DNA of 64,000 bases from Octopus vulgaris. Its lineage: Eukaryota. Shown here one piece after another: positions 39,731-53,251 of this stretch. The DNA is taken from positions 57,722,001 through 57,786,000 of the forward strand of contig OX597815.1 of NCBI GenBank assembly GCA_951406725.2. The letters run 5' to 3'. The notes under the pieces are model-generated. The model saw nothing but the letters and a program-made list of their open reading frames with translations, was not told the origin of the DNA and searched no databases. A program made the position numbers and the translations under genes. How positions within the stretch are numbered: the stretch's first letter is position 1; every line of letters begins with the position of its first letter.

Positions 39731-40210
39731 TGTAATGGAACTGGTTAATTCTTTACACTGTTTGGGTGCAACCAATTTCCTTTCTTTTTGTTTCTCGAAA
39801 CTACCAGTCAGGAACAAAACGCAACTTTAAAAATATATATGATTCTTTATTCTCTTATTTACAAATGAAGCACATTGGTATATTGGTATCCACTTGGTTC
39901 AATATAGCAAGGCTGAATTTTAACATTTGTAAGATTCTTACAACAAATTCAGCAGCAACAGAGCAGGTCAAATTCTAAGTGTCTGGGACAGGAGAATGGC
40001 TGATCACACGTTTAATACGTCCTTTCGCTTCAATAGCCGTGTCTCAAGTCAACAACGCTAAACAAGGAACGCGATAGAATTTTCTTCCCCAGTCTCTTGC
40101 ACATGTGCATGAGGGAACTTCCTTAGGCCTTTCCAGAAGGTTCCAGCCCCGCACACGCACACTGAAGAATGACGTTGTGTGTGCGCACACTGGAAAATTA
40201 CGTCACTACA
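39731..40210 (-). repeat. 3' LTR of the CsRn1-like element
   Basis: 11 substitutions relative to 45140-45619 by manual comparison. Confidence 0.95.
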
Positions 40211-40426
40211 AAGGCTCCCCTTCGAGTGCGGAAGCATGAAACAAAATTCCTTGTAGTGGCTTCAGAAAATAAGGTGGTTACCAAATCACCAAAATGGCAC
40301 ACAATATGACAAATCAAAACAAAATTTACAATATAAATAAGAATGCACCAAAAGGAAAAACAAAATACTCAAATGAACAAAGTTCAATAAGTATCATAAC
40401 TGTCACTGGGAAAACAATTGAGAATG

Positions 40427-43400
40427 TCAAATATAAATAGTCTTTGAATGTTTCTTTGGCCAGTGAACCGTTCTGCCTGACCTCGTAACATAAGGTTTGT
40501 TCGAGGCAGGCTGCGACGACGAAGGTGATGTTGCCGATGTTGGTGTTGATAAAGGTGCATGTGTAAATGGTGGTGTTGTCAAAGGTGCATGTGTAAATAG
40601 TGGTGTTGTCAAAGGTGCATGTGTAAATAGTGGTGTTGTCAAAGGTGCATGTGAAGGTTCAACGATGGTTGTAGCAGCGGTGTCATCAAAAGATGTTGAC
40701 ACCTCAAAATATGCCCTTTTAAGACGATCTACGGAGACGGTCTCCGAACGACCATTAATGTCAAGTTTGAATACTTTCGGCATGCGGGAAATCACACGAA
40801 AAGGTCCTTTATAAGGAGAAACAAGAGGTCCTTTGACAGAATCATCATAAACAAAAACATGTGTCCAAGAATCAAGATCTGATGGCACATTAGAAGGAGG
40901 ATTTTGGTGTCGGGGACCCATAGGAGGAAGGGCAGAAAAATATCTGCGTAGTTGAGCAACATAAGACTCTAAATTAAGAGACTGTGACTTGTCTGGCACC
41001 AACATCGTACCAGGCAATGCCAGTGTGGTACCATACAAGAGCTCGGCAAAAGAAAAACCAAGGTCTGCTTTAATTGCAGGCTGACATCCAAGCAGGACGA
41101 TAGGGAGAAAGTCAGTCCACGACTGTGGATTCGGCGAGGCACGCAACGCGGCCTTAAGTTGCCTGTGGAAACGCTCCACCATCCCATTAGAAGCGGGATG
41201 GTAACTAGTGGTGCGTATATGATGCATCCCCAGGATTCGTGATAACTCAGGAAATAAAACCGCTTCGAATTGTCAACCACAATCTGTGGTTAAACTGGAC
41301 GGTACACCATACCTAGAAATCCAATTAGACACGAAAGCTTTCGCAACAGTTTCAGCAGAAATGTCTGCTATAGGAATAGCTTCCGGCCAATGTGAGAAAC
41401 GATCGATACAAGTTAAAATATATGAGAACCCGCGACTCACAGGCCATGGTCCAACCAAATCAAGGTGGACATGGCGAAAACGGGCCTCAGGAGAAGAAAA
41501 CTGTCCAAGTGGAGCACGAACGTGTCTATGGACTTTAGCACTCTGACACCTCAAACAAGAGCGTGCCCAAGAGGTAATCGATCATCGCATATTGGGCCAG
41601 AAGAACTGAGCAGTAACAAGCTTTACTGTGGCAGAGATACCCGGATGTGACAATGAATGAAGAGCATCAAAAACAGAACATTGATGTTTCTCAGGTACTA
41701 ACGGCCTGGGTGAACCGGTGGAGACATCACAAAGAATAGAGCCTTCTGCTGAAGGGAGCGGACGGTAGGCAAATTTACAATTGATAAACTTGGGCGAAGT
41801 TAAATCCAACTCCTCTAAAGGTGGTTGATCCTGCAAAATAGCAGTTAAGTCAATTGCTGCAGGAGAGGAAAAGGAATTGACAGGGAGTCTAGAGAGAGCA
41901 TCAGCTGGGACGTTCTCCTTCCCTGGCACATGTCGAATGTCACTTGTAAACTGAGAAATATAGTTCAGGTGACGGAAAGCACGAGGGGAGAGTTTGTCTG
42001 TTTTAGAAGACAGTGCAAACATAAGGGGCTTGTGATCAGTATAAATCACAAATTCTCGTCCCTCGAGCTGGTGCTGAAAATGTTGAACTGACAGATAGAT
42101 TGCTTGTAACTCTCGATCAAAAGTACTATATCTGCGTTCAGCAGGCTTTAGCTGGCAAGAAAAGAAAGCCAAAGGTTTAGTTTCACCATCTACAGCGTGC
42201 TGCAAGACAGCGCCAACTGCAGAATCTGATGCGTCCACAGATAAAGTAAGTGGAGCATCAGGAGCCAGATGTGCTAGAACAGGAACTGAAGCTAGTTCCT
42301 TTTTAACTAACTCAAAGGCAGACAGTGCTTCAGCTGAAAGAGTAAGACGGGCGTTCTTTTTAGAATTGCCCTTTAGCATCTGCATTAAAAGAAACAACTT
42401 GTCTGCACACCGGTTTATGAAGCGCCAATAGAAATTAACTATACCCAAAAAATGGTGAAGTTGACGCAAAGAAGAAGGTGGTGCGATGCGCTGAATTGCA
42501 TCGACTTTAGACGAGAGAGGTTTGATTCCATTCGAATCAATACAATGACCGAGAAATTCAAGAGATGATTGCCCAAAAACACACTTGTCTGGATTAATGC
42601 GAACACCATAGTCGCGAAGATGCTGAAAAGGCTGAGACAAGTGCTGGAGATGATTTTCATGCATATCACTTGCGATGAGGATATCATCGACATAAGCGAA
42701 AACAAAATCAAGTCCACGAACAACTTCATCTATAAAACGTTGGAACGTACTAGTGGTGTTCCGCAAACCAAAACTCATGTATAGAAATTCGAAACAACCA
42801 AAAGGAGTGGTAATTGCCATTTTAGGAACATCATCTGGGTTGACTGGTATTTGCTGCTAAGCACATATGAGGTCAACCTTAGAAAAAATGGTACAGCCAT
42901 GAAGATTCGCTGAAAAGTCATTAAGATTCCTAATTGGATATCTGTCCGGAATCATCACAGAATTTAGACACCGATAATCTCCCACCAGGCGAAAATCTGT
43001 ATCCCCTTTTCGAACTAAATGAAGGGTTGATGCCCATGGACTGGTGGATGGGCGTATCAGACCAAGCTGGAGCATATGCTCAAACTCAGCCCTAGCCGTT
43101 TTAAGATGGTCAGGTGCAAGATGCCGTGGGCGCGAAAAAACTGGCGGCCCAGTAGTTGTAATGAAATGGAGTATCAAGTGTACGGGTTTGCCATTTTAAA
43201 AGTAATATCAAGTAGCTCTGGAAAAGAAGCCAAAAGAGAATGAAAGACATCTCCAGATGTAGCAACAAAAAATGTCGGGCTAAGAGCTGAATCGGTAGAT
43301 TCTCTGGTCAGTGTGGAGAGTGTAGTCGAACTGTCGACTAGCCTCTGACGTCTGACATCTACCAATAGATCAAAGTTATTTAGAAAATCCGCACCTAAAA

Positions 43401-44381
43401 TAGGATGCAGAATGTCAGCAATGACAAAAACCCACTGAAAATCTCGACGAAGATTTATGTCAAGGCGTAAAGAGATCTGACCGAATGTGGCTATTGGTGA
43501 CGAGTCAATAGCGTGCAAGGTAACATTAGATCGTTTTGGCCTGTCAGTTGTGAGACGCAGAGGCCAAATGCTGCAACAAGAACCAGTGTCCTAGATCCTT
43601 AACGAAAAATGCACGATAACTAGAAAACGATGTGGAGGAAGTTGACGTGCTCAACTCCTCCGAAGCTAGTTTAAATCTTTATAGGTGCATGGCTTTATGC
43701 ACTTATGTGCTTTCTCTCCAAATTTGGAGTGATACCAACACAGTCCGGACTTTGATTGTGTGGAATGAGATGGTGAATGGCCACGACTACGCGATCTTGA
43801 AAATCGCTTGCCATCGCGACACGTCGCGTCCATCCTTTTGGTGAGACTTTCTATTTGTTTAGAAAGTCCATCAATTAAGTTTGCAGAAGTTTCCGAGCAG
43901 ACACAAGCAGCATGTGAAGATGGTCGCACTGCAAATTCAACCATCTTATCCACCATGGTCGCTATTTGGTCCACAGTATTGGACTCTATAGCAGTTGACA
44001 AAACAGTTTGTATGTAGGCAAAAAAATTTTCCGAAGCAGAGGATCGTCTGCAGATTTACCGCTCAACTCTCTTAAACGTCTCAGAAATTCAGAAGGAGTC
44101 CTATCTCCCAACTGTTCATCCGCCATCAATTCATTGAAGTGACTTTCCTCGCTTCTAGTATTTCTTTTCTCCACTTCTAATTTAACAGATGCATAAGTGG
44201 CATCTGGAGAAGGATCCGTAATAAGATCTCTGGCAGTAGTTGCAAGTTGAGGAGGCATACAACTATAAAGAATTTGCAACTGCTGCTCAGAAGAAACACT
44301 ATGTGCACAAAAATATGCCTCTAGTTGTGCAAACCAAAGTGTGGCATCACCTGTGAAAATGGGTAATGATGCCAAAGACAT
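40427..44381 (-). pseudogene. Frameshifted gag-pro-RT-RNaseH-integrase of the CsRn1-like element
   Basis: ORF pieces 43986-44381 and 43666-44001 (gag), 43174-43518 (protease C-part, ILGADFL), 42857-43177 and 41582-42820 (RT/RNase H), 41273-41554 and 40427-41227 (integrase). Confidence 0.9.
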
Positions 44382-45126
44382 GTTCTTTTTTTAAATTTAA
44401 CTAGATGACTCTGTCAAAGGAAAGGGAAATGACAACAAAAAGTTGAACTGACACAAATGTAAAAAAAAACAGAAAGAAATAGAAATTAAACAAGACCAGC
44501 AAGTGAACCAATAAATTTTTTTTATGTGTAAATTTTACCAAAAAAAATGTGTTTTTTCTTTTTCTTTTTGTACTGTATGCACAGAGAATAAAAATTCTTT
44601 TTTTTTTTTTCCCCAACCTTCGTAGCGTCTGAAACAAAATTTTTCTTTTTGTTAATTTTTTTTTTATGAAGTTAGAGTTATTTTACCAGTTCATAGTAAA
44701 GTACATAATAGTAGTTCGTTCTGTAACAGGATGTTGGGATCACAAGTGCAGATGCCGGTTGAACACATGTCGTGTAGCAATTGTGGCTTCAATGTTGTTG
44801 CAGGTTACATTGGTACAGAAGATCTCGCAGGTAGTGCTGTGCTGTTAACCTCAGTGAAAATCACAACAGCGTAAAAGCTAAAACTGAGTGAGTGCTTTGT
44901 ACGTATTAGTGTTGCTGGAGATGAAGGCGACGGAGATGGAGACGACGTGAAGTTGAAGGACAGCGATGGTGATTGCGACGGCAGAGAAAGGCGTTGTTGG
45001 TGGAAACGTCCTGCGTCGCTGGTGTATGTTGAGGCGAAGATATCGACGTCAGAAAAACTGGATTCACAACTCTGATTCGGTATAAACTAGATTTTATTTA
45101 AGTGTTCTATAGTCTATGATCAGAAC

Positions 45127-45138
45127 TCGGGGTCACCA
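45127..45138 (-). other. Primer-binding site, tRNA-Trp
   Basis: Minus strand TGGTGACCCCGA, one nt from the 5' LTR. Confidence 0.85.
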
Positions 45139-45139
45139 C

Positions 45140-45619
45140 TGTAATGGAACTGGTTAATTCTTTACACTGTTCGGGTGCAACCAATTTCCTTTCTTTTTGT
45201 TTCTTGAAACTACCAGTCAGGAACAAAATGCAACTTTAAAAATATATATGATTCTTTATTCTTTTATTTACAAATGAAGCACATTGGTATATTGGTATCC
45301 ACTTGGTTCAATATAGCAAGGCTGAATTTTAACATTTGTAAGATTCTTACAACAAATTCAGCAGCAACAGAGCAGGTCAAATTCTAAGCGTCTGGGACAG
45401 GAGAATGGCTGATCACACGTTTAATACGTCCTTTCGCTTCAATAGCCGTGTCTCAAGTCAACAACGCTAAACAAGGAACGCGATAGAATTTTCTTCCCCA
45501 GTCTCTTGCGCATGTTCATGAGGGAACTTCCTTAGGCCTTTCCAGAAGGTTCCAGCCCTGCACACGCACACTGAAGAATGACGTTGCGTGTGCACACACT
45601 GGAAAATGACGTCACTACA
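45140..45619 (-). repeat. 5' LTR of the CsRn1-like element
   Basis: TGTAATGG...CACTACA on the plus strand, followed by TSD TACT. Confidence 0.95.
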
Positions 45620-46114
45620 TACTTATTTAGCAAGTCAATAGTAAGGTTGTAAAAATGCATTGAAACTTTTGATATTTGATAACAGAGAGAAGTATTAAAG
45701 GATAAATGAGTAGGAAATATATCAGTTTTTCTATGTTTTTAAATTTTAAATGGCTAAAAAAGATTAGGGTTTTATATATAGTTAGAAGTGATCAATCATA
45801 AACTTAAAGGCATAAAATATACCACTGAAAAATATATACATATTTCTCTCTTCCTCTCTCTCTTGTTCATACGTAAATGCCTGTGTATATTTGTGTATGC
45901 CTATGATTTTAAACTGTAGTTTTCACTGAAGATAATACATTTGACTAAATTTCAGTGGTATTTGATATTTGGATAGGAAAAAATTCTATTAATTTCATAT
46001 CAAAAAATTAGAACCATTTTCTTAAGCAATAATTTCCATTTTGATATTAAACAATAGCAGTTTCATATAATCCATTCTTTTACTTGAACATTTTTAACAT
46101 CACTACCTGATATA

Positions 46115-47272
46115 CAGTGGTTGTCCTGAAAGTAATACCTAAGTGACCATAACTTCTTCACTAACTGGCATGAATCATTCCACTTATGGTATAGTAACTC
46201 TTTGCATTCTTTTTCATTGTAGAAGGGGTGTTGACTGTTTGACATCCACTAAAAATTACAGATAATGCTATTGACAAGAACTATGTGCACAGATGGATGA
46301 AGTTTAAAGACATGGAAACTATTATTGAAGACGAATTATGCAGTGGGGAACCATTAACTGCAGCCACTGATATAAATTAGCAACAAGTGAATGAATTGAT
46401 TTGTGCAAACAGCTGTGTCATAATCTGTGAGCTTGCTGCACAACTGGGCTCTTTTCACAATGCATTACAGATGGTGAAAGACTTTGGTCATTGGCAAGTG
46501 CATGCAAAGTGGATACCTTGACAGTTGACACCTGATTTGGAAGAGAAGTATGGAAATGTGCTCTGATCTACTGGAAGTATTTGAAGTTAATGAAAATACA
46601 TTTTTCTTTTTGACTGGGAATGAAACATAGGTGTATCTTTATGATCCAAAAATAAAGTGTCAGTCCATGGAATGGTATCAGACCTCCTCTCCAAGATCTA
46701 AGACATTCAAGAGCCAGTGACCAGCATGGAAAAGATAAGGTATTCTGTGGAATGAGAAGGGAATCATTACCCTTGATTTTCTAGAATGTGTCTCTATCAT
46801 GAACAACAAGTAGTACATTAAGACACTTGAAAGCTTTGAAAAGCCATTAGGAAAAAAGACCAAACAAGTATCTGAAAACAATCCAAATTTATCATAATAA
46901 TACATATAACCACACATGTTTCATGACAAATTTGGCTGGTCATTGGCCCTTTACCTATCATACAGCTCAGGTGTGGCACTTTGACTTTCACCTTTTCAGT
47001 CCAATAAAAGAGACAGTCTTTGGTTTGATGACACAAACAAGGTAAAAGTGGTTGTGAAGAAATGAGTACAACAGTGTTCACCTGTATTCAAAAAAGTTTT
47101 GGAAGTTGAGTTCAGTGATGGCACAAATGCATCACTTGCAATGGAGACTATGTTGAGAAGTACCTTTCTATAGAGGATGAGTTACTCTACCAACATGTGC
47201 AATTTGAAATATTATTGTCAATTTATAAAAAAAGTTATGCCCACTTTTGCATCATTTTTAGGACAACTCCTG
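46115..47272 (+). mobile_element. Old, near full-length mariner transposon
   Basis: TA|CAGTGGTTGTCCTGAAAGTAAT ... ATCATTTTTAGGACAACTCCTG|TA; remnants KWIP*QLT, TGNET*VYLYDP..K.QSMEW, WNEKGII, DFHLF. Confidence 0.8.
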
Positions 47273-48624
47273 TATTAAAAGAAAATACAAACTTTCCATA
47301 AAAGGTTGCTTTTGCTGTAGCTTAATTAGCTAAGTGTGTGGAGTTATACTCAAAACCTACAACTCCAATGCATCGATTCTGATTCCAACTCCTCTATTTA
47401 TAATTAGAATAATTAAATATTTTTTTTATTAATTGAAAGTACACAACACATGAGAATGTAACTCATGAGGTTACTTTTTAAGATTCTAAAGTTTAGGCTT
47501 ACAGGCTATAAAAGAATTGTTTGAATATAGAATTTAAGTGAATGTAACATAAAGTATTGTATTAAATGAAAAGTATATCCCTACAAAATTTATTAAAGAA
47601 ACACTGTATCTGTAGAGTAAGGATTAAACCAAAAGTTCAAATCTAAAATGTTCTAACATTTTGTTTGTTTCTGCCAGAACTTCATTCTCTTAAATCTGAT
47701 TTGATTACTTTCAGTGCAGAAAACAGTTGAATTGATATTTGTGAAAAGGAAAATTTTTATTCATTATATTACAATTTACATTTAGTTGAAGTCAGTACAT
47801 TTTGCAGATATCAACTCCAATCCAATAAATACTTTCAACTCCTATTTCATGACTCTGAATCCAACCACATCATTGGTTATCTGTAAGCAATATAGGAAAA
47901 GATGTAAAATGTTTCAACTTACATTATTCAATTAAATAACCTAAATATTAACCCATGTGTATTGTTAGTCAATATTTAAGTTAAAGTATGTGTTGAATGA
48001 GGAATTTATTGTAAATGCTAAACTATATCTATGATTTAATACTTTATCATTTTGAATGTATTTCAACACATGAAAACTTAAAGCACATTTCTTGTTTTAC
48101 TTGTGTTAACCAATAGCCTGTTGATTTCAATTTAACTCAATAGGAAATTGCTCAAAGTATTTTAGTTAAAAAGAAACAGTAGAGATTATGAACTTCTTAG
48201 AACCAATTATTTTGTGAAATAATTAGCTTTCATGTAAAATGACCATAAAATGATAATCTCCATTGGTTATTTCTTTTAGAATTTAAATTGACAAAATCTT
48301 TGGTGGGGCTGAGGGAACAGTTGACAAGAAAGAACAAATGCTAAATATTTTCTTTTTTACAAAAACAGAATGAGTATGTGACTGTTTTCTTGCCTGTTAT
48401 CAAATGTCTACATTTTCTTTTTGATGATGATAACAATATGCACTAATACATGATTGGCTATAATGACTTAACAACAGATGAGAAGGAGGATTGTGGTTTT
48501 CATACTTTACATTAGTGACATAAGAGAGAACATAACCAAATAACCTGCTTAGTTATGCATTCTTTGTAACTAATCCTTTGAAAGTATTAGTATTTATTGA
48601 TAAGGTCAATCCTTTGTATTAAAG

Positions 48625-48784
48625 GTTCACATCAAAAGAGATAAAATAACTCGACCCGGGGCAAGGATGAGGAAAAATAATGAAGGAATGCCCAGTTATG
48701 AAAATAATAATATACTTGGTGCTCTCTATATTACATTTGATATCGATTTCCCTAAGAAGACATTATCAGAAGAAGAAAAGACAA
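48625..48784 (+). CDS. DNAJB11: DNAJB11 internal coding exon, 160 nt
   Basis: Acceptor cctttgtattaaag|G and donor A|gtaagt; encodes [53 protein letters not shown]. Confidence 0.96.
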
Positions 48785-49179
48785 GTAAGTCTCTGTAGTT
48801 TGTTTTTATTGATTTTAATACTAAGAAAATTCTCTTACTATAACTTGATATGTCTGTTACTATATGAAGTCTACTCTAGTTTCAACAATCTCTATATAAG
48901 CTAACTCCATAGTGGTTACAAACAACTTTATATGAGAACAAATTGTCTATTTTGTTGGATATTCTTACTTTTTTATACTGATTATTGTAGAAAGATTGTT
49001 GTCAACCAACTAACTGATTACTATTTGCAGTAGAAAAGATCCAAACATTATATAAGTTTTAACTTATTCTTAGATATCATGTGCATGAAAAATTAGTGCT
49101 TATATGTTTAATGCAGAGTACATTAAAAATCTTACAGGAATTAAATATGAGATGATGATAAAAGATATTAGCCCTCTTT

Positions 49180-52100
49180 CCCAGTTTTCAGAGTTGGCAT
49201 TCTACATGTAGGCTCATTGAAAGGTAGATCTAGAGAGATTGTAGAGATGCTTGAACAGAGAAGTGTTGATATATGTTGCATACATGAGGTAAGATGGAGA
49301 GGAGCTTCAGCCAGAGTCCTCACAAGGAGAGTGCATAGGTATACACTCTTCTGGGAAGACAATAGTAATGGAATAGGGGATGTGGGCATACTTCTTGCAG
49401 AGAAATGGGTAGATAAGGTCGTAGAGGTAGTGAGGGTGTGTGATAGAGTACTTAAACTCAGGCTAGTCTTGCAGAATGGTGTAGCTACAATTATCTCCGC
49501 CTACATCCCACAAGTGGAACTACCAAATGAACAAAAGGCTCACTTTTATGATATTCTTCTGCAGGCTATCTCAAAGACGAGTGATAATGATCTCATCTCT
49601 GTGGCTGGAGATTTTAATGGGTATGTCAGACAGCAATCTGGTATCTTCGATGGTGTACATGGTGGTCATGGAGTTGGTACCTGAAATGAAGAGGCAACTA
49701 GACTCCTGGAGTTCTGCAATGCAAATAACCTATTGATCTGCAACACCAACATCAGGAAGCCAGCTAGCCACCTGATAACCTATCAATCAGGTGACTCTGC
49801 TAGCCAGACTGATCTCATTCTCACCAGACAGCAGGATGCATGGTTGCTCTTAAATACAAAGCCCCTCCCTGGTGAAGAACGTACCCACAACATTGATTAG
49901 TTATTAGTGACTTTAGGCTCAAGGCCAGAAGGATGCCAAAAACCAAACCAATCTAGAAAAGAAGGACTTGGAAGCTTAGGAACCCTTCACATGGTCAGAG
50001 ATTTAGGGATATCCTTACCGAGAAATTTGATGATAGGGAGGAGGAGCTACAGTCCTGTGACATAGAAGGCAGCTAGGAATTCCTGCGAGACAGCTTGCTG
50101 AGTGCCACAGATCAAATCTGTGGCTGGTGCAAAGTCTCTTCCAGACCTAGGGTAACATGGTGGTGGAACAATACTGTAGACAGGGCCATTAGAGCAAAGA
50201 AATAGGCCTAGAATTCCTGGAAGAGTTGGGGTAGCAGACGAATGTATCAGATAGCAAAAAAGGAAGCTATGAGACAGGTATATATAGCCAAGGGAGTAGC
50301 AGAAAAGAATAAGTTTTCCATGGTTCAGTGACGTGAGGACCAGAGAACTGAGATATTTCAGATTGCAAGACAGTGTGTGAGAGAAAACCGCAATGTCATA
50401 GGAGAGAAATGTGTCCACATGGATGATGGTGCCCTTGCATTTAATAATTCTGCAAAGAAAGAGGCTTGGAGAAGCCATTATGAAAGTCTGCTGAATGTGG
50501 AGAATGAATGGGAGGAGGAGTCTGCCAATGGTTGACCCAATTGAGGGACCAGCTCTCTGTATCGACAGTACCCAGGTAGATAAATCAATTAAGGATATGA
50601 AGCCAGGGAAAGCACCTGGCCCATCAGGAATCACTGCTGGGATGCTTAAAATGTGGGTTATGGTCTTGTCACCCGCATCATAAATCAGGTAGTTCAATGA
50701 CTGGTGTAGCAGCACCATAGTCAACTGCTTCGAGGGAAAAGATGATGCTTTAGATAGAAATAACTACAGGAGTATCAAATTATTGGATCACATGATGAAA
50801 GTTACAGAGCGGGTCATAGCCCAACTAATTAGGGAGAGAGTTAGCCTAGATGAGATGCAGTTCAGAAACACCACTGATGCTATATTTCTGGTAAGGCAAC
50901 TGCAGGAGAAATACCTGGCCAAAGATAAACCTTTGTACTTGGTTTTTGTTGACTTGGAGAACGCCTTTGACAGGGTCTCCCGATCTCTTATCTAGTGGTC
51001 AATGCGAAAATAGACAAGTGGCTGGTAAGAGCTGTACAAGCTCTGTAGAGGGATGCTGTCAGTAAGGTGAGGGTTGGCAACAAATATAGTGAAGAATTCC
51101 AAGTAGAAATAGGGGTTCACCAAGGATCATTCCTCAGCCCCCTCTTATTCATTATAGTCCTCCAAGCAATAACAGAGGAATTCCAGACAGGCTGCCCCTG
51201 GGAGCTCCTCTGTGCTGATGACCTTACTCTAATAGCTGAGTTACTGCCAGAACTGGAGACAAAGTTTAGTGTGTGGAAGCTAGGTCTAGAATCAAAGGGC
51301 TTTAGGGCTAACCTAGCTAAAACCAAAGTCTTAGTAAGTAGGAAGGCTGTCAAATCACAACTTCCTTCGGGTAGATGACCCTGCTTGATCTGTAGAAAAG
51401 GCATGGGTAGACTCCATATGATATACCTGGTGTAAGCTTTGGACACATAAAAGGTGCAGCAATATCAAATGAAGGTTAACCGGGAAAATTGTTTTTATGT
51501 GTGGCTGATGCACTGGGGCAATAAACACTGAAGATGTACAGAAAACAGATTCCATCACATGCTAGGGGAAGAAACTACAAGTAATTAATAGTTTCTACTC
51601 CCATGGTGTCCAAGTCAGTAGTGGGGATGGTTGCTCTGAGAGTGTAGCGACTAGAGTAAGAATAGCTTGGACAAAGTTCAGAGACCTCCTACCTCTGATG
51701 GCAATTAAAGGCCTCTCGCTCAGGGTGAAAGGTAGACTGTATGATGCATGTGTGCAAACTGCCATGCTACATGGCAGTGAAACATGGGCTATGAATGCTG
51801 AGGACATGCGTAGGCTTGAAAGAAATGAAGCTAGTTTGATCCGCTGGATGTGTAATGTCAGTGTGCATACATGACACAGTGTAAGCACACAGAGAAAAGT
51901 TGGGCATAAGAAGCATCAAATGTGGTGTGCAAGAGAGATGACTGAGCTGGTATAGCCATGTGTTATGTATGAATGAAGACAGCTGTCTGAGGAAGTGCCT
52001 TTCCCTAACTGTAGAAGGAACCTGTAGAAGAGGTAGACCCAGGAAGACATAGGATGGGGTAGTGAAGCATAACCTTTGAACATTGGGCCTCACAGAGGCA

Positions 52101-52796
52101 ATGATAGGAGACCGGGACCTTTGGAGATACACTGATTAAGAAGACCCGGCAACTAAAGTGAGATGTCCAGCCCTGTTAAGAATACTCTTGATGCATCGGG
52201 CGATATGATATGCTTGAGAAGACCTGTTGAATCAAGTGAAATGAATATCGTAGCTGGGGCCAGTGCTCCCTGGCTAGCTCCCATGCCAGTGGCACATAAA
52301 AAGCACCATCCGAACATGGTCAATGCCAGGTCTGCCTGACTGGCTCCTGTGCCAGTAGCACATAAAAAGCACCAACTGATCATGACTGATGCCAGTATCC
52401 CCTGACTGGCTCCTGTGCCAGTGATGCGTAAAAAGCACCATCCGAATGTGATCATTGTCAGGCCCACCTTACTGGCTCTTGTGCTGGTGGCATATAAAAA
52501 GCACCATTTGAACATGATCATTGCCATACTGGCTCTTGTGGCAGGTAAAAAGCACCATCTGAACATAATCGTTACCTGGCCCACCTTACTGGCTCCTGTG
52601 CTGGTAACACATAAAAAGCACCCACTACACTCTCGGAATGATTGGCGTTAGGAAGGGCATCCAGCTGTAGAAACTCAGCCAGACCAGATTGGAGCCTGGT
52701 GTAGCCGCTGGCTCTCCAGACCTCAGTCAAACCATCCAACCCATGCCAGCATGGAAAACAGACGTTAATCGATGGTAATGATGATGATGATGATGT
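49180..52796 (+). mobile_element. RTE LINE, near full-length but heavily mutated
   Basis: APE (HEVRWRG, ISAYIPQ, AGDFNG), RT (GVHQGS.LSP, LCADD), C-terminal domain, repeat-containing 3' UTR and (GAT)n tail; many stops and frameshifts. Confidence 0.92.
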
Positions 52797-52841
52797 TGGG
52801 AGTGGAATTAGTAACATTATCAGCAAAGTATTACCTGCAAT

Positions 52842-52921
52842 ATGTTTGCTGAAGTAGAAAAGAGAAAAATAATTGGGTAACTGTACCCAATTATTTTTCT
52901 CTTTTCTACTTCAGCAAACAT
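52842..52921. repeat. Perfect 38-bp inverted repeat with a 4-nt loop
   Basis: ATGTTTGCTGAAGTAGAAAAGAGAAAAATAATTGGGTA-ACTG-TACCCAATTATTTTTCTCTTTTCTACTTCAGCAAACAT. Confidence 0.95.
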
Positions 52922-53186
52922 GTGTAGCATAGGAAAATTAAGTTGTTTAGAAAGTAAATCATGCCTTAGATATTGTCAACACTAGCTTACCTGTTAATTT
53001 TTGTGAATGTCATCATGTGCTTAGGAAAATAACAGTATTATGGAATTCCGTATTTTGCAATATCAAGATCATTAAAGAAAAGGCAGTGAGTATATTTTGT
53101 GCATGTGTTGCAATACTAAGTCAGTTTCAGTGACACTTTATCTATCAAATTGCATTACTGTTACTTTCCTATTCTTTTCTTTGCAG

Positions 53187-53251
53187 ATATACAGCAAATT
53201 TTGGAACAGAGTTCAAAACAGTATGTTTATAATGGTCTACAAGGATATTAA
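53187..53251 (+). CDS. DNAJB11: DNAJB11 terminal coding exon, 65 nt including the stop codon
   Basis: Acceptor cttttctttgcag|AT; encodes (N)IQQILEQSSKQYVYNGLQGY-TAA, the conserved ERdj3 C-terminus. Confidence 0.97.

Larger units (their letters stand above)
39731..45619 (-). mobile_element. Full-length Ty3/Gypsy provirus, CsRn1-like; coding region disrupted
   Basis: Two 480-bp TG...CA LTRs (39731-40210, 45140-45619); 4-bp TSD TACT; tRNA-Trp PBS; PPT-like GAAGGGGAG; gag with CWYH...C...C (CHCC) knuckle; protease remnant; RT YVDD; RNase H; integrase ending VTRSGR. Confidence 0.96.

Noticed and set aside
44810-45090. Ser/Pro-rich open frame in the leader of the CsRn1-like element, a possible extra ORF
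   Set aside because: No ATG start and no recognisable domain; may be plain leader sequence.
48680-48904. ORF-track protein overlapping the 160-nt exon
   Set aside because: Wrong frame; the DNAJB11 frame starts at 48625 and ends at the donor after 48784.
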